Positions 1 to 8,150 of a DNA stretch of 64,000 nucleotides are shown piece by piece. Positions within the stretch are counted from its first letter, which is position 1, and each line of letters opens with the position of its first letter. The stretch spans positions 1-64,000 of the forward strand of contig JABGUJ010000002.1 of assembly GCA_018646625.1 (NCBI GenBank), read 5' to 3'. A program made the position numbers and the translations under genes. Below the pieces are notes generated by a model, which did no database searches, had not been told where the DNA came from, and saw only the letters and a program-made list of their open reading frames with translations. The DNA is from Candidatus Woesearchaeota archaeon. GTDB lineage: Archaea; Nanobdellota; Nanobdellia; Woesearchaeales; JABGUJ01.

Positions 1-968
<968 letters not shown>

Positions 969-1076
969 TTTATTTTCGTACGCTCGCTTAATTAGACTTT
1001 TTAGAAACTTAAATCAATAGGAATTGACTTAATTACAAGGTTAATTGATCTCTATTCAACCAATTACGTGTTCACC

Positions 1077-1103
1077 AATACTTAATCTTGATCATTAAGT
1101 ATT
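1077..1103. repeat. Perfect 10-bp inverted repeat (hairpin) in the pre-16S leader
   Basis: AATACTTAAT-N7-ATTAAGTATT, lying between the putative rRNA promoter and the 16S 5' end. Confidence 0.6.
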
Positions 1104-1183
1104 ATTTGCCTAGAATTCCCCCAAACTCGGAATTCGTGGTGTTGATTAGACTTTCAAGGGCAATTTGTTCAAAAAACTTCCCC

Positions 1184-1197
1184 TTTAAATAACTTTC
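1184..1197 (-). promoter_or_regulatory. Putative BRE/TATA promoter of the 16S rRNA transcript
   Basis: Minus strand reads GAAAGTTATTTAAA about 215 nt upstream of the 16S 5' end. The same GAAA-NN-TTTA(T/A)A pattern precedes many genes in the window. Confidence 0.55.
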
Positions 1198-1219
1198 CAA
1201 AGGAAGAATTTTATGATCT

Positions 1220-1318
1220 TTATGAAGCTCGTTTTCTTTTCTCTTTCCGGATTCTCTTCCGTTGCCATTTCCATCTCATTTGGCCTTTCTTTTTCCAACG
1301 TCTTGAACTTCTTTTCAT
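1220..1318 (-). CDS. rpl41e: Ribosomal protein L41e (eL41/eS32), 32 aa; not in the ORF track
   Basis: Manual translation gives MKRSSRRWKKKGQMRWKWQRKRIRKEKRKRAS*. It contains the MRWKWxxKRIR hallmark of archaeal L41e, with a TATA-like element just upstream. Confidence 0.85.
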   Translation of the reverse strand: MKRSSRRWKKKGQMRWKWQRKRIRKEKRKRAS

Positions 1319-1370
1319 TTGTAAGTGCTGGTCGATACAGGGTATTTATTAATGTTTCTCTTTCTAATGC

Positions 1371-2567
1371 CTATTTCCTGCCTGTTCCGCCTAACCATCT
1401 GGGTAAGTATGATCTCAGTTTTCTTTTTGGTTCTGGAGTTGCGACAACTGATGTTGGTGCTGGTTCAACTGTTTCTCCAGCTTTTAATCTTTCAATTGCA
1501 TCACCATATGGTACAGTGCCTGTGGCTTGGAACGGACCCTGTGGTAGGTCTGGAACATCTGTCTCGCCACTAGCTGCGATTGGTATTCGTACTGCGGGCA
1601 TTCCCGGAATTGTGTCGCCTGTTCTTGAATCTTCTAATGCTTCGTCGTCTGGTATAATTGGTATTCCTGCATTTGGATTGTCTACAGGTACTTCCTCGAA
1701 TGGTAATTGTGCTACCGTATGCTCTACAGGTTCATACCTGTCGGATACGGGTCTTCTGTTTTCTGTTTCTTCTCTTAATATACGTGCACTGTCATCTATT
1801 GATTCTACATCCGCTGGTTGGATTTCAATCTCGGGTTCGCCAAGCGTGTGTAGATATGCACCTGAAAGAGCTCTCACCATTTCTACTCTTGCTTCAATTT
1901 CTGCAACAATTGGTTTAAGATGTGTTTCATATTTTTCCATTAGTGCATCTGCAACAGTTTGGTTTCCGTTTCTTAGTAATGTTTCATACACATTTGCAAC
2001 TGGATCAACAAGTATTGAGTCAACATCAATTTGTGATTTGCTTAAGTTTAAGTTTTCTTTTTGAGTCTTTATGTGTAAATATCTTTTTTTAAGACCAATT
2101 GCTTGTTCTGCATCGTCGATTGAACCTTCCCTTGTTAGTGTATCAATTCTTCTGCTAAGTTCTTGTAGTTTGTTCTCAACTCTTCTTCCGTTCTTTGTAT
2201 AAAACTTTTGAGCTTTTGCTTCGTTAGTTCTTAGTAGGTGTTCATAAGTGTCTAGTGCGAAAAGTGATGCGTATCTTTTCGTAAGTGCATCTTTTCTTTT
2301 TGTTTGTCTTCTTGTTTCACTTCCTTCTATTGTTAGAAGTGTGTCGAGTTCTTTGTCAACTTCTGCAATTGCATCATCAATTTCTGTTTTGTTAACTTTG
2401 TAATATGATTCTGCTCTGCTGTTTCCTTTTGCAACAAGTGCTGCGTATTGATCGAGATATTGATTTGTTTCTTGTGCTGGTGCTTTGTGATGTGATTCTG
2501 AAGCTCTCGCTTCCAAATTTGATGCGTTCATTGATGCATCTTGTGCAATTGCGTGTTGGTATAACAT
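1371..2567 (-). CDS. Hypothetical protein, helical/coiled-coil N-terminal part and acidic Pro-rich C-terminal part
   Basis: 398-aa ORF with an upstream GGAGG RBS and a GAAACCTTTATATA promoter-like element. No recognisable family motif. Confidence 0.7.
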   Translation of the reverse strand: MLYQHAIAQDASMNASNLEARASESHHKAPAQETNQYLDQYAALVAKGNSRAESYYKVNKTEIDDAIAEVDKELDTLLTIEGSETRRQTKRKDALTKRYASLFALDTYEHLLRTNEAKAQKFYTKNGRRVENKLQELSRRIDTLTREGSIDDAEQAIGLKKRYLHIKTQKENLNLSKSQIDVDSILVDPVANVYETLLRNGNQTVADALMEKYETHLKPIVAEIEARVEMVRALSGAYLHTLGEPEIEIQPADVESIDDSARILREETENRRPVSDRYEPVEHTVAQLPFEEVPVDNPNAGIPIIPDDEALEDSRTGDTIPGMPAVRIPIAASGETDVPDLPQGPFQATGTVPYGDAIERLKAGETVEPAPTSVVATPEPKRKLRSYLPRWLGGTGRK

Positions 2568-2681
2568 TTTGATAGATTCCTCCTAATTACTAGTATTATA
2601 GACTTTTGAGGACCTATATAAAGGTTTCTATTTTAACCACTAGCAGGTAATGAATAAAAAAATAAGTAAAAAAAGATAGAA

Positions 2682-2891
2682 TTAGAATCCTCTGCTTTTT
2701 TTGTGACATTCAGAACAACGTACTTCTTTACCTTCTGTAGGTTGGAACGGTACTTTACATTCTTGGCCGCAATCACAGCAAACTGCATCGTGCATTTCTC
2801 TTGGTCCGTTGTTGAACCTTCTTGGGCCTGAGCCTCGTCTGTCGTTTCCGCCTCTTCCTTGTGGTCTGAAACCACCATTTCTATTATCCAT
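2682..2891 (-). CDS. CxxC-x17-CxxC zinc-ribbon protein with Gly/Arg-rich N-terminus
   Basis: CCDCGQECKVPFQPTEGKEVRCSECH matches the CxxC-x17-CxxC family pattern (VPFxP...V.CxxC). GAGG RBS upstream. Confidence 0.85.
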   Translation of the reverse strand: MDNRNGGFRPQGRGGNDRRGSGPRRFNNGPREMHDAVCCDCGQECKVPFQPTEGKEVRCSECHKKSRGF

Positions 2892-3058
2892 TTTTTTCCT
2901 CGGTTTATTTTATCATAATAGTTATTTTGTCTATTATGTTGGCAGCTTTCTGTCTGCAGTGTATATATGTCTTTGTTTATTTAGTTTAGAGAATAGAATG
3001 CCCCGAACGGATACATACCCGGTACGGTTAATTAAGGTCTAAAATCAAAGAATATTAG

Positions 3059-3319
3059 TTATTTCCGTCTCGTTTTTCGAGTCCTTGCTCTATAACTCTT
3101 TCTTGGCTTACGTATTGTTCTAGTTCTTACAACTCTCTTAACAGTACGCGTTTTTTTTGGTCTTGTGAGTTTCCTCCATACATGATTTGGTAAATCATTT
3201 GCATAAAGTTTTTTGCCACATTTTTTACAAAACCAATTACACCATTTTTTATCATATCTAGCTTGATGCTTACAGAATGCTGATCTTATGTAACATTTGA
3301 TTGAATATATTAGTCCCAT
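3059..3319 (-). CDS. Small basic protein with a putative Zn-binding motif
   Basis: 86 aa; CKH...CNWFCKKC followed by an Arg/Lys-rich tail. Starts 1 nt after the upstream ORF's stop. Confidence 0.6.
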   Translation of the reverse strand: MGLIYSIKCYIRSAFCKHQARYDKKWCNWFCKKCGKKLYANDLPNHVWRKLTRPKKTRTVKRVVRTRTIRKPRKSYRARTRKTRRK

Positions 3320-3320
3320 T

Positions 3321-3674
3321 TTACCTCATCGTATACTTTTTGACAATACCGTGCTTCTCTAACAAGTATTTTCTAACTTTTTGACGATTCATATGGCCTT
3401 GTCTTCCTTTTGTCCATCTCCTGACATTTCTACCTTTAACCGGAAACGTATGATGGCTTGCTGCAATAACTACTCTAAATAAGTCGTCTTTGGTCGGTTT
3501 ACGTCGGTGAGTTTTCTTGAATTTATTTAACAGCATACTGTATTTTCTATTTGCTTTAGCTATGTTCTTTTTAGAAATTCCTGGCGTTCTTCTGCTGCGC
3601 CTACCAGTGCGTCTTCTTGTCCTAATGGGTTTGCTTAATCTGAATAATCTTTTTAGCCAGTTTAATATTCCCAT
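3321..3674 (-). CDS. Small highly basic hypothetical protein
   Basis: 117 aa, very Arg/Lys-rich, with an amphipathic N-terminus (MGILNWLKRLF). Confidence 0.6.
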   Translation of the reverse strand: MGILNWLKRLFRLSKPIRTRRRTGRRSRRTPGISKKNIAKANRKYSMLLNKFKKTHRRKPTKDDLFRVVIAASHHTFPVKGRNVRRWTKGRQGHMNRQKVRKYLLEKHGIVKKYTMR

Positions 3675-3808
3675 TTTACTTTCTTCACATCAATTCCTTT
3701 GCTGCTTGTGAAAGTCTCTTTTTCTCATGAGTATTTGTATAGAATTAATAAAAAACCCTGGGAAAACGCAGTGACTTGCGCCATAATGCGTTAACCGTAG
3801 GGATATCA

Positions 3809-3883
3809 TGCCCCGAACGGGATTCGAACCCGTGTCCACGGCACGAAAGGCCGTAATGATTGACCGGACTACACCATCGGGGC
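3809..3883 (-). tRNA. tRNA-Glu (anticodon TTC)
   Basis: GCCCCGATGGTGTAGTCCGGTCAATCATTACGGCCTTTCGTGCCGTGGACACGGGTTCGAATCCCGTTCGGGGCA folds as a cloverleaf with anticodon loop CTTTCGT. No encoded CCA. Confidence 0.95.
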
Positions 3884-3898
3884 GTATAAAATGTATGA

Positions 3899-4020
3899 TG
3901 GGCCTGGGGGGATTTGAACCCCTGACCTCTGGCTGACTTAAATCCATGCCTTTGATTGTGATTTTGGAAGACATGCGGTCTTATAAGACCAGCGCTCTAA
4001 CCAGACTGAGCTACAGGCCC
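3899..4020 (-). tRNA. tRNA-Ile (anticodon TAT) with a 47-nt intron at position 37/38 (intron 3935-3981)
   Basis: Acceptor stem GGGCCTG/CAGGCCC, anticodon stem CTGGT/GCCAG and T-loop GGTTCAAATCC. A bulge-helix-bulge is formed by CTTA:TAAG with 3-nt bulges TA|A and TC|A. Confidence 0.92.
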
Positions 4021-4046
4021 AATGAGGGCAAGAATTTCTACACTAC

Positions 4047-4060
4047 TTTTAAAGGTTTCG
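4047..4060 (-). promoter_or_regulatory. Putative BRE/TATA promoter for the tRNA-Ile/tRNA-Glu pair
   Basis: Minus strand reads CGAAACCTTTAAAA about 27 nt upstream of the tRNA-Ile 5' end. Confidence 0.6.
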
Positions 4061-4065
4061 ATGTC

Positions 4066-4635
4066 TTACCACCTGTATCTTATTTTTCTATATTCTTCAA
4101 AAAGCACCGAATCTGATAAAACTTGATACCTTCTGTGCTTTACATTAAATCTTTCATAGGCTGGATCGACTAAAAATTCGCCAACCTCTGTTAGAACTGT
4201 TGCGCATGCATGATCAACTCTATCTCCTTTATGATCTTTTGAAACCTCTGTGTAATATGAGTCAATGCCAAGACATCGTGCAATCGTGATGTAAAGAAAA
4301 GCCATCTCTCCGCAAACACCGGTTTTATCTCTTAATACTTCTATTGAATTTCGATATATATATGGGAACCCTGTTTTTTTCTCATCTTTTCTTTCATAAT
4401 CGTATGTTATGTTTCTTAGCATCCAATCAAAGACTGCTCTTGATTTCTCATGTTTTGATTCTGTATGTGTTGTAAATGCATTTATTACCTTGGCCAGATC
4501 TTTGTCAATTACAAAAGGATAATCTGTTAGATCGCAACAAACTATTAGTCTGTAATCTGTATTGATGTGGGTAATATCTAGATGAGGTTTGTTATTTTGA
4601 TTGCTGTGTTTTATTCTAGTAACTAGGTCTGACAT
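4066..4635 (-). CDS. Transglutaminase-like (Cys-His-Asp) cytoplasmic enzyme; last gene of the Ubl-like operon
   Basis: AVFDWMLRNITYD...GVCGEMAFLYITIARCLGI...DHACA...LVDPAY is a transglutaminase-like core with an intact triad. No signal peptide; overlaps the JAB gene's stop. Confidence 0.85.
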   Translation of the reverse strand: MSDLVTRIKHSNQNNKPHLDITHINTDYRLIVCCDLTDYPFVIDKDLAKVINAFTTHTESKHEKSRAVFDWMLRNITYDYERKDEKKTGFPYIYRNSIEVLRDKTGVCGEMAFLYITIARCLGIDSYYTEVSKDHKGDRVDHACATVLTEVGEFLVDPAYERFNVKHRRYQVLSDSVLFEEYRKIRYRW

Positions 4636-5831
4636 TTTAACTTTAGAAATATATCTTCTATTTGTGTTCTGTATCTTCTAGATGCATATCTATTTCTCTT
4701 TATAATCCTAGATAACATATCTACGTCTGCGACACTATATTTGGTGTCTTTCATTACTTTTCTCACTTCTGTTATTCTATCTTTCCAGAAATAAGTTCTT
4801 TTGTTATCTTGATAGAAATCTCCTGAGAGAATCTTTGCAATTCTTGCAATGCTTTTTGTTTCAGATATGTAAAATTTTCTGATTGCTTTTGTATAATTAA
4901 GATCTTTGTATTTTATTCTTTGTTCTAGTTTTGTAGTTCTATTTTTGGAGCTTGCCGAGATTTGATGATGGTTTGTGTCTATTTCATTAAGTATTTCTTC
5001 AAGTCTTTCTGGTGGGGGATTGCTGGACGCGATATCGGACTTGATCTTACCTCTTATATCATTACATATTTCTCTGATCTCTTTTGTTCTTACTCTGCGA
5101 TCATCGTCAACAATAACTATTTTTGGTTCGACTATGGTGTCTTCTGAAGACTCTTGTTTTATTTCTCCGTATGGTTCTTCATCTAATGAGTTAACTACTA
5201 CACTATATGCAAATCCTTTCTTTATTTTTCGTTTACTAGTTATGTTTTTGACATTTGGTTGATTTATTCTAGTCTCTTCAATTTCAATCTCAATTACTCT
5301 GTCTAGATTCTGAGGATCTCTTATTCTAAGAGTTCTGCTATCATTGTTTATCCACTCCGCTTTGTGCTCTGTTTCTTTCCATTGTACTCTTTCTGTTTCT
5401 ACTGTGAGTTGGTTGTGAGAATAAAGCATTGAAGATAGTCTAGAAAAGTTTTCTACATCTGTAGTTGAATGAAATGTTGGATGATCTCCATGACTGTGCC
5501 ACCATCCTATTATTTTTCGGTTATCAGATCTTATTTGTTCTATTGTTCTTAGTTCACTATCAGGATTGACTGTACAACTACTTGTTGTTACATATTGTTG
5601 AACTGGTATTATTGCGTCCGTTGCAATTCCGTCATCTTTGTCTCTTTCGGCTGTGAGATATCCATAACATTCTAGTGGTGATTCTGTGATTGATTTTATT
5701 AACTTGGCATACAAATGCATTTTAGTATATGCATAACGAGTTATTGTGATTTTATCAGGCATGATGAACTCAGCAGGTGTGGCCAAGAGTTCTCTGACTT
5801 TATAATTGGGCGAGATCATGTGTGTTCGCAC
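4623..5831 (-). CDS. JAB/MPN+ (JAMM) metalloprotease with an insertion and C-terminal extension
   Basis: ECYGYL (catalytic Glu) and IIGWWHSHGDHPTFHSTTD match E...HxH-x7-S-x2-D. Confidence 0.9.
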   Translation of the reverse strand: MRTHMISPNYKVRELLATPAEFIMPDKITITRYAYTKMHLYAKLIKSITESPLECYGYLTAERDKDDGIATDAIIPVQQYVTTSSCTVNPDSELRTIEQIRSDNRKIIGWWHSHGDHPTFHSTTDVENFSRLSSMLYSHNQLTVETERVQWKETEHKAEWINNDSRTLRIRDPQNLDRVIEIEIEETRINQPNVKNITSKRKIKKGFAYSVVVNSLDEEPYGEIKQESSEDTIVEPKIVIVDDDRRVRTKEIREICNDIRGKIKSDIASSNPPPERLEEILNEIDTNHHQISASSKNRTTKLEQRIKYKDLNYTKAIRKFYISETKSIARIAKILSGDFYQDNKRTYFWKDRITEVRKVMKDTKYSVADVDMLSRIIKRNRYASRRYRTQIEDIFLKLKCQT

Positions 5832-7006
5832 CTCTGTATTGTTTTTCGTATTCCTAGCGGATGATCGTCGAGGGAACTATAGAATAATTGTCCTTTAGTT
5901 GGTGAACTATTTGAAAGAATTCGTTTAGCTTCTGTAATTACTGCACATCCTATTACGCAATTTGTGTAAACTACCGATGGCTCGTGGCTATTGGAGATGC
6001 AACTATTTGTGTTATTTTTTTCAAATTTATTATCTACTAGTGGTGCCTGACACTCGATACATGCAGTTTTATCTGGTTGGTATGTTGTAACTTGTCCGTC
6101 GAATGGTGTTGTACCTCCATCAATTAGCGCGATTCTATTTGTTCTACATATTTGATTAAGATATTTTCTCGTTTCCGCATTATCGACACATGATATTATT
6201 AAATCATATTGTGCTTCGACAACTTTTGTTTCGTCAAAATAGTTTTCTGCTGCTTTTTGTTTTATTGATCTGAATCTTAACTGTGGGTGTATTTCTCTTA
6301 GTCTTCTAACACAGATGTCTGCTTTTGATTTTCCTGTGGATTCATCCAGTGTAAATAATGGTTGTCTGTTCTTGTTAGTTTCTTCAATTAAATCATCATC
6401 ACAAATAGTGATGTTGAATCCTTCTGCTGCGGCACAAAGACTTGTATAGTTTCCAAGTGCTCCTGCGCCAACTATTAGAATATTTCCTTGTGTTTTTTTT
6501 TGAATTGGATTGTTCTCGACTGTATTCCTGCCGCTTATAGTTCTTTCATAATCTCGTAGTCTAAATGCACTTCTCCGAATTTTATTAGTGATTGTGCCTG
6601 CGAGTATACCTAAGAAATCTATTTCGCAACTATGATTGAAGATTGTCTGTTGAGATTTGATGGTATATTTACTACTTGTTGTGTCAATAACAACACTTGA
6701 ATCGGTGCACATGTATGGGTGGGGGTGAGAGTGAAATGCATTAACAACTATCTCGGGATTCATCTTTTTAACAAGATCTTCTAGTTGTAAAACTCTGCTT
6801 TCTTGTGAGGGTACAAGAATAATTTCATTCTCTTTTGTTGCGTATGTGTGGTCGATTAAGGTTATTGCACCAACTTCAATTCCTGTGAGTGTGCATACCA
6901 TAAATTGTGCTAATGCATTAGTTCCGATTAGTGTAACTGAAATATCTTTAAGTGCGTCTTGATTCCAACCGATGATTTGTTCTTGTGTTAGTGTTCTTTG
7001 TCTCAT
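5816..7006 (-). CDS. E1-like Ubl-activating enzyme with tandem ThiF domains (degenerate N-terminal, active C-terminal)
   Basis: The C-terminal domain has ILIVGAGALG, DDDLIEETNKNRQ, GKSKA, DLIISCVDN, IDGG, CIEC and a candidate catalytic Cys in NSC. The N-terminal domain (Q.IIGWNQDALKDISVTLIGTNALAQ...VGAITLID) is a ThiF-like copy lacking GxGxxG and NLxRQ. Confidence 0.9.
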   Translation of the reverse strand: MRQRTLTQEQIIGWNQDALKDISVTLIGTNALAQFMVCTLTGIEVGAITLIDHTYATKENEIILVPSQESRVLQLEDLVKKMNPEIVVNAFHSHPHPYMCTDSSVVIDTTSSKYTIKSQQTIFNHSCEIDFLGILAGTITNKIRRSAFRLRDYERTISGRNTVENNPIQKKTQGNILIVGAGALGNYTSLCAAAEGFNITICDDDLIEETNKNRQPLFTLDESTGKSKADICVRRLREIHPQLRFRSIKQKAAENYFDETKVVEAQYDLIISCVDNAETRKYLNQICRTNRIALIDGGTTPFDGQVTTYQPDKTACIECQAPLVDNKFEKNNTNSCISNSHEPSVVYTNCVIGCAVITEAKRILSNSSPTKGQLFYSSLDDHPLGIRKTIQRCEHT

Positions 7007-8149
7007 TTAATTCACATAATTATTTGGAAAATTGTCTGGAGAAAGATCTTTGTAGGGTGTTGCACCCTCTAAGTAACCATGTACGATATTATTTGCAGCT
7101 AGAACTAAGTTTGCATATGCTTTTTCATGCGGAATTGCGATTGAGTCGGGAATCTTATTTGTCCCCATACATATATTTTGAAATGATTTGTTTCTTTCTG
7201 ATAAGAATGGATGAGAATAATGTTCAACAATTTGTGGGTGTGATTGCTGTATTGTTCCGTGTCTTATTCTTATCTTTGTAGCAACACGACAACTGTTGAA
7301 ATAGTATTTCTCACTAGTACATTGATGAGTGGTTCTAATTGAGAAATTAGGAATTCTTAAGTAAATATAATAATCATCACCTTTTGAAAATACTCCTAAA
7401 TTATCTTTTTCGCAGAATCCATTTTCTTTTAACTCGAGAAGCAACCTGCTTTTTTGAGTCGCTAATTTATCATCATATTTGGTTTGTAATTTGATTGAAG
7501 AACTTAACTCTGATTGTACTCTTCTTTCTAATTGGTTAAGGTTGGCTGAGCTGGTGGAGATCTCTAGATGCTGTTCTCCATATTTAATCTGAAAATTCGC
7601 AGGATTGTGTTGTGAGTTTAATGAATAAACTCTGTTCTGCCACACAAGAATGGTGTTATTTGTTAACGGAGTGGGGAGCTGAGTTGTTTGGTTGGATTGG
7701 AGGGTGTGGAGTAATTTTGTTAGATTGGTGGACCAAGATAGCAATCTTTTTGTTGTTTGATTATGAACTCTTGAGGTGTGTAGAGGTAGTATCTTTTCAA
7801 AGATTTCATTTAGAATTACTTCTTGACTGAGATTAGTATAGTATTCTGTTTCACGTTGACGTGATTTGACTAATTGCTTAGATCTTAGTAAATTGACTGC
7901 TGCATCTATTTTATGTTTTTGAGATCTTATGTAATATTTGTGTAGATCATCTAGCGAGCAAGACCTTTCCAAAGGAATTTCTTCAGCCCCTATTACGAGT
8001 TTTGTGTAAGAAGAGGTTTTGAAATTTTTGCAAGGCTCCCATAATCTGTTATCGAGAAGTGCACATAATTTTATACTTTTCAGGTGATGTATTATTGTGT
8101 GCGTTGGAAGCTCTGCTATACCTTTGACTTTTGTAACCAAGTCCAACAT
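7007..8149 (-). CDS. Putative E2-like (UBC-fold) protein with a long N-terminal helical/coiled-coil region
   Basis: The C-terminal ~130 aa show alternating beta-strands, then HPFLSERNKSFQNICMG (HP...IC, as in E2 active sites) followed by a helix. The gene lies between the Ubl-like and E1 genes. Confidence 0.6.
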   Translation of the reverse strand: MLDLVTKVKGIAELPTHTIIHHLKSIKLCALLDNRLWEPCKNFKTSSYTKLVIGAEEIPLERSCSLDDLHKYYIRSQKHKIDAAVNLLRSKQLVKSRQRETEYYTNLSQEVILNEIFEKILPLHTSRVHNQTTKRLLSWSTNLTKLLHTLQSNQTTQLPTPLTNNTILVWQNRVYSLNSQHNPANFQIKYGEQHLEISTSSANLNQLERRVQSELSSSIKLQTKYDDKLATQKSRLLLELKENGFCEKDNLGVFSKGDDYYIYLRIPNFSIRTTHQCTSEKYYFNSCRVATKIRIRHGTIQQSHPQIVEHYSHPFLSERNKSFQNICMGTNKIPDSIAIPHEKAYANLVLAANNIVHGYLEGATPYKDLSPDNFPNNYVN

Positions 8150-8150
8150 C

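Larger units (their letters stand above)
2998..3820. mobile_element. Putative small tRNA-Glu-targeted insertion or remnant bounded by 13-bp direct repeats
   Basis: ATGCCCCGAACGG occurs at 2998-3010 and at 3808-3820 (the 3' end of tRNA-Glu). An inverted 9-mer pair lies just inside the two repeats: TACGGTTAA (3023-3031) and TTAACCGTA (3791-3799). No integrase gene is present. Confidence 0.5.

Noticed and set aside
1213..2064. 283-aa plus-strand ORF
   Set aside because: It is the antisense shadow of 1371..2567 and L41e, with the Ser/Phe-rich composition typical of reverse frames.
3686..3745. Short frame FYTNTHEKKRLSQAAKELM resembling a tyrosine-integrase C-terminus inside the tRNA-Glu mini-island
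   Set aside because: Only 19 residues, preceded by a stop, with none of the R/HxxR/H catalytic motifs; too weak to call a pseudogene.
3690..3974. 94-aa minus-strand ORF
   Set aside because: It runs through tRNA-Glu and tRNA-Ile.
5816..7006. Reading the E1 as an ordinary ThiF/MoeB/UbaA sulfur-transfer enzyme
   Set aside because: There are no thiamine, molybdopterin, rhodanese or tRNA-thiolation genes nearby. The tandem domains and coupling to E2-like and JAB genes favour protein conjugation, though sulfur transfer is not formally excluded.
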